Shown: positions 59,845 to 64,000 of the stretch, piece after piece
How positions within the stretch are numbered: the first letter of the stretch is position 1
Layout of the letters: each line of letters opens with the position of its first letter
Assembly (NCBI GenBank): GCA_037481815.1
Contig: JBBFKX010000002.1
Coordinates: 1-64,000, forward strand
Length of the DNA: 64,000 bases
Direction of reading: 5' to 3'
DNA from: a candidate division WOR-3 bacterium
GTDB taxonomy: Bacteria; Hydrothermota; 32-111
Program-made: the position numbers and the translations under genes
The notes under the pieces: generated by a model
Told to the model about the DNA's origin: nothing
The model's input: only the letters and a program-made list of their open reading frames with translations
Database searches by the model: none

Positions 59845-60785
59845 ATAACACCTCTAAAATATTGTATCGTTTTAGAGAGCCCTAATTCAATGGGAACACC
59901 ATTCTTGTATCTTAAAACTTTCCTTGCAAGTGTTAGATCAGGTTTTCTCTTAACAGGGTCATCAGCAGGCAAATCTTTAAAAACTATCTTTGATTTTGAT
60001 TTTGTTAATTTTATAATCGTTTGTGCTAAATCGATAATCTTGATCTCTTCATCTGAACCAAGGTTTACAGGGCCTGTAAAGTTAGGTTCACTATCGCTTA
60101 ATTTTATAATACCCTCTATAAGATCATCTATATAACAAAAAGATCTTGTTTGTGTCCCATCTCCATAAACAGTTATATCACGATTTCCAAGGGCCTGGAC
60201 GATAAAATTTGAAACAACTCTACCATCATCTTTTGACATATATTCTCCATAGGTGTTGAATATTCTACAAACTTTTACTTCAATATTAAAATTTCTATAA
60301 TATTCAAAAGTTAAAGTTTCAGCCACCCTTTTTCCTTCATCATAACAAGCCCTAACACCTATAGGGTTTACATTCCCCCAATAATTTTCATTCTGTGGGT
60401 GCACCAGTGGATCTCCGTATATTTCAGATGTTGAACTTAGAATAAACTTTGAACCAGTTTTTTTTGCAACCTCAAGCATATTCATTGTTCCTATAAAATT
60501 TGTTTTCAAAGTTTCCAGAGGATATTTTTGATAAAATTTTGGGGAAGCCATTGAAGCAAGATGAAAAATTTTTTTTATGTCCCTGTATTCTATCTGTATT
60601 TTTTTAGAAACATCTTTTTTAAAAAATTCAAAATTTTTAAACTTTTTTAAAATTTTTAAATTTTCAAGTGAACCAGAGGAAAGGTTATCAATTCCTAAAA
60701 CTCTCTCTCCTCTTTTCAACAGGTATAACGAAAGATTTGTTCCAATAAAACCAGCACAACCAGTTATCAAGTTTATTTTTACCAT
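59841..60785 (-). CDS. UDP-glucuronate decarboxylase (UDP-xylose synthase) family
   Basis: TGCAGFIG, LASMASP, STSEIYGDP, YWGNVNPIGVRACYDEGKR, DGRVVSNF, QTRSFCY. Confidence 0.92.
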   Translation of the reverse strand: MVKINLITGCAGFIGTNLSLYLLKRGERVLGIDNLSSGSLENLKILKKFKNFEFFKKDVSKKIQIEYRDIKKIFHLASMASPKFYQKYPLETLKTNFIGTMNMLEVAKKTGSKFILSSTSEIYGDPLVHPQNENYWGNVNPIGVRACYDEGKRVAETLTFEYYRNFNIEVKVCRIFNTYGEYMSKDDGRVVSNFIVQALGNRDITVYGDGTQTRSFCYIDDLIEGIIKLSDSEPNFTGPVNLGSDEEIKIIDLAQTIIKLTKSKSKIVFKDLPADDPVKRKPDLTLARKVLRYKNGVPIELGLSKTIQYFRGVI

Positions 60786-62101
60786 CCGATCCCTTTATAG
60801 TTTTTCGAACTTTTCTTTTCAGGGAAAATGTTCACAAGATCTACGACTATAAGTTCCTTTTTGTTATATGAGTTCAACAATTCTCTGTAAGAGTTGTCTC
60901 TATTGGCAACAACAACGAGTTCTACATTATCCAGAAATTTTTGTGGATCCTCTACAAGAATTTCAGAAATATGTTTTATCTCTCTTTCAATATATTCTTT
61001 ATTGGAACCAACCAGTTTTGAAAGTTTTACATTTTCATCATATATTAAAACATTTTTACCTTTACCTAAAAGTTTCTCAACAAGAACAACCGATGGAGAT
61101 TCTCTTAAATCATCTGTCCCACTTTTAAATGTTATACCCATCACTCCAATTCTATTTACCTTTTCTTTTAAGATTAAATCAAAAGCCCAATCGATATGAA
61201 GATCGTTGGAATCCATTATATTTTCGATTATAGGTAAAGATAATCCATTCCTTTTGGATTCATAAGACAAAGCTCTTACATCCTTCGGTAAACATGAACC
61301 ACCGAATGCGAATCCTGGTTTTAAATAATATTCAGATATATTTAGTTTTCTATCCATAAGGAAAAGTTCCATCACTTCTCTGCTATCGATCCCTTTCTTT
61401 TTACATATTCTTGCGATTTCATTAGCGAAACCAACTTTTAACCCATGAAAGGTGTTGTTAACATATTTAAGCATTTCAGCAGTTTTTATAGATGTTACGA
61501 TAAATGGCGCTTCAAGAAATGAATACATCTGTCTTATTATCCTTTCACTCGCCTCACATTCACAACCTATAAGAGTATAAGGAGGGTTATAGAAATCGTT
61601 TACAGCATTACCTTCCCTTAAGAATTCAGGATTTGACAGAACATCAAAATCTTTTTTCCTTTTCTTTCCACTTATACTCTGGACTATCTCGGCATACTTA
61701 TCAACGGTTCCGGGCATCGATGTTGACCTTATGAGTATAAGGTACTCTCTTTCAAAATTTTCCTTTTTCCTCAAAGCATCACCTATCTGTTGGGCAGTTT
61801 TAAAAATGTATGAAAGATCAACCTCTCCAGTTTCTGAAGACGGAGTTCCTACACAGATCAATGCGATATTGGTATTCTTAACCGCATACTCAAAATCATC
61901 TGTTGCCTCAAGATTCCCGGCTTTTACAACTTTTGATACTATCTCATTGATATAGGGTTCAACTATAGGGGATCTTCCATTGTTGACTTCAGAGATTTTT
62001 ATATCGTTTATCTCAACCCCTATAACTTTGTATCCCTGCTCTGCCAAACATGCAGCGGATATTATACCAACATAACCCAAACCAAAAACAGCGATCTTCA
62101 T
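60779..62101 (-). CDS. UDP-glucose/GDP-mannose 6-dehydrogenase (AlgD-like)
   Basis: GLGYVG, CVGTPS, RST, NPEFLREG, GFAFGGSCLPKD, FKSGTDDLRESP. Confidence 0.92.
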   Translation of the reverse strand: MKIAVFGLGYVGIISAACLAEQGYKVIGVEINDIKISEVNNGRSPIVEPYINEIVSKVVKAGNLEATDDFEYAVKNTNIALICVGTPSSETGEVDLSYIFKTAQQIGDALRKKENFEREYLILIRSTSMPGTVDKYAEIVQSISGKKRKKDFDVLSNPEFLREGNAVNDFYNPPYTLIGCECEASERIIRQMYSFLEAPFIVTSIKTAEMLKYVNNTFHGLKVGFANEIARICKKKGIDSREVMELFLMDRKLNISEYYLKPGFAFGGSCLPKDVRALSYESKRNGLSLPIIENIMDSNDLHIDWAFDLILKEKVNRIGVMGITFKSGTDDLRESPSVVLVEKLLGKGKNVLIYDENVKLSKLVGSNKEYIEREIKHISEILVEDPQKFLDNVELVVVANRDNSYRELLNSYNKKELIVVDLVNIFPEKKSSKNYKGIGW

Positions 62102-64000
62102 TTTTCACCTTCTTTTGTATGATAATGATAATAATAATGATAATAGTAATATTTCCCATAGAAACTTTCGGTGTTAACATTGTTAAAAACAAAACCAACT
62201 AATGGTATATTAAGATTTTTCAACAATTTTTTTGTATAGTGTAACTCTCTTTTTTTCGCTTTTTTAAATTGAACAACCCAGAGTAAACCATCCGATAACC
62301 TTGAAATTATTGTAGGGTCTGCAACCGAAAGTATCGGAGAAGTATCAACTATGATAAAATCAAACATCCCTTTTAACTGTTCAAAAATTTTTCTTGTCAA
62401 TTTCCCTTCAAGTAGTTCAGTTGAATGAGATGTCCTTTCACCATAAGGTATTATCCATAGATTCTCAATTCCACTTGGATATATAACCTTTTCAACACTT
62501 GTTTCCCCTTTCAGTATGTTTGTAAAACCTTTATCAAAACTTAAATTAAACATTTTATCGATCACAGGTCTTCTCAAATCTCCATCTATCAAAAGAACCT
62601 TTTTGTCCAGTTGTGCTAAAACGATGCTAAGGTTTGATGCGGTAGTTGATTTCCCTTCACCTTTTGTGGCTGATGATACAACGATTATTTGGGGAGTTTT
62701 TGTTCCTTCGGAAAGATATAAAAGGTTTGTTCGAAGAATTTTATACGATTCAACAATCGGTGAATTTTCTGGAACTTCAGTTAAAAGTTTACTCCTTTCA
62801 CTAACCATCGTTTTCCCATTTTTGAGTTTAATCAAAGGGATATTACCAATTATATTAACTTTTAATTCTCTTTCAATTTCATCTATATCCTTTACAGAAT
62901 CGTCTATATATTCTTTAATAAACACTGCACCTATTCCCAGTATTATGGCAAGAAAGAATCCAAAAAGATAATTTCTGTTTTTCTTTGGTAAAACTGGATT
63001 TTTATTCAACACAGGTTTATCTATTATCTTTACAGAACCAAGTTTACCAGCTTCTGCCACTTTTGCCTCTTCAAATTTTCCTTTCAACATCAGATAAAGT
63101 TCCTCTGAAACTTTTTTATTTCTTTCAAGTCGTGCAAGCATAAGTTCCTGATATGGGATCTTTTTCATCTTATCTTCAAAAATTTTTATCACATTGTTTA
63201 ACGCTTCAATCATCGACTCCTTAACTTTTATTTCAAGTTGAACCGATACGATTTCGTCCATAAGACTTTTTGAATAATCCAAAGGATTGGTTGCGAAATA
63301 TTTTTCAGTCAAAGATTTTTTACTGTTGGTCACTATGTTGTTTTTCAAATTTTCAACCCTTATCTTTATCTCCTTCATTTTCGGATGTGATGTGTCGTAT
63401 CCAAGTGATAGAAAATATGCATAGGATGACTGTAAAGAATCGAGTTCCTTCATAGATCTTTCAAGGAAGGGATTAAGTTCATTCAAAAATCCTTCAGCCA
63501 TCATTTTGTTCGACTGGGAAAGGTTCTCTTTTAGATAATTCAATTTTGCAAGAAGCATCTCCCTTTCAACATAGTTCTGTTTTTTCTGACCTTCAAAATT
63601 TGATATCATATCAACAAGTTTTGAGGTCTCTTCGGTGAGTTCGATAATAGAATTATTCTCTTTAAACTTTTTTAAATTTTCTTCATTTATTTGTAGATCA
63701 TTTTCTATTTTAGTTAACTGTTCTTCGAGAAATTTTCTCACCTCACTCAATTCTCCCCTAGTCATTTCAAGGTTAATATTGTAATACTGCTCAACTATGA
63801 TTTTTGTTATATAGAAAGCATCCTCTGGACTCTTATCATTATAGATTATTTTCAAAATATCAGTATCCTTAACCGGGATCACTGTGAGATTTTTTTTGAG
63901 ATATGATATCCTTGCTTCTTTTTCTTTAAATTTACCTATATAAAGAGAGTCAAGATAACCACTGTTTGATATAACATTTTCGACTCTTTCAAAAAGAGTT
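62098..64000 (-). CDS. wzc: Wzc-type polysaccharide co-polymerase / BY tyrosine kinase; 5' partial
   Basis: Frame is open to the window end; coiled-coil periplasmic domain, TM, Walker A SATKGEGKST, IDGDLRRP, IVDTSP, C-terminal Tyr cluster. Confidence 0.92.
   Translation of the reverse strand, partial: TLFERVENVISNSGYLDSLYIGKFKEKEARISYLKKNLTVIPVKDTDILKIIYNDKSPEDAFYITKIIVEQYYNINLEMTRGELSEVRKFLEEQLTKIENDLQINEENLKKFKENNSIIELTEETSKLVDMISNFEGQKKQNYVEREMLLAKLNYLKENLSQSNKMMAEGFLNELNPFLERSMKELDSLQSSYAYFLSLGYDTSHPKMKEIKIRVENLKNNIVTNSKKSLTEKYFATNPLDYSKSLMDEIVSVQLEIKVKESMIEALNNVIKIFEDKMKKIPYQELMLARLERNKKVSEELYLMLKGKFEEAKVAEAGKLGSVKIIDKPVLNKNPVLPKKNRNYLFGFFLAIILGIGAVFIKEYIDDSVKDIDEIERELKVNIIGNIPLIKLKNGKTMVSERSKLLTEVPENSPIVESYKILRTNLLYLSEGTKTPQIIVVSSATKGEGKSTTASNLSIVLAQLDKKVLLIDGDLRRPVIDKMFNLSFDKGFTNILKGETSVEKVIYPSGIENLWIIPYGERTSHSTELLEGKLTRKIFEQLKGMFDFIIVDTSPILSVADPTIISRLSDGLLWVVQFKKAKKRELHYTKKLLKNLNIPLVGFVFNNVNTESFYGKYYYYHYYYHYHTKEGEK

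Noticed and set aside
1123..63455. Many short opposite-strand or off-frame ORFs in the track (e.g. 3001-3336, 16905-17375, 35125-35628, 62516-62971)
   Set aside because: They lie within well-supported genes, show antisense-type S/F/I/L-rich composition and have no recognisable motifs.
1..64000. CRISPR array, tRNA, rRNA, prophage or defence island
   Set aside because: Intergenic gaps outside the IS are about 155 bp or less and AT-rich, with no repeat-spacer or cloverleaf patterns; no phage or defence motifs recognised.

Overview
AT-rich (roughly 30% GC by eye), very densely packed bacterial chromosome segment with about 60 CDS. I see no rRNA, tRNA or CRISPR array. Gene content (OmpA, GWxTD-domain pair, secretion-type C-terminal Ig-like domain, mglBA, hpf-hprK-mannose-type PTS, 4-subunit POR, acetate kinase) suggests an anaerobic, fermentative diderm, possibly an FCB-affiliated candidate lineage such as TA06/WOR-3 (inference only). 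Left to right: a secreted lipase-like gene and a putative OMP next to a decayed IS481-family element; glmM-glmS; a substrate-level-phosphorylation operon (arginine-synthetase-like arcE, arcC, ndk, degenerate hbd-like gene, ackA); a CofE-like ligase overlapping an atypical 12-TM MurJ; thiN with a large DxxGxDxY-repeat/HEAT protein; rpsU-cvpA-mutS2; a Wzm/Wzt glycan locus; dapB-dapL-lysC-asd-GWxTD x2-nadB-hpf-hprK-PTS IIA/IIB-MCP; porCDAB-mglBA; rlmN; GIDE-LemA; CYTH-NeuB; and a Wzc-dependent polysaccharide locus ending in a carbamoyltransferase/SxtJ/SxtK-like module. The strongest leads are (1) the CofE-like ligase plus MurJ lacking TM13-14 and the R270-equivalent, a possible lipid II modification system, (2) the bacterial ArcE energy operon, (3) apparently leaderless transcription from ten promoters, and (4) enrichment of the D-(S/T)-hydrophobic O-glycosylation sequon in exported proteins. 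All calls come from motif recognition by eye; no database searches were run.
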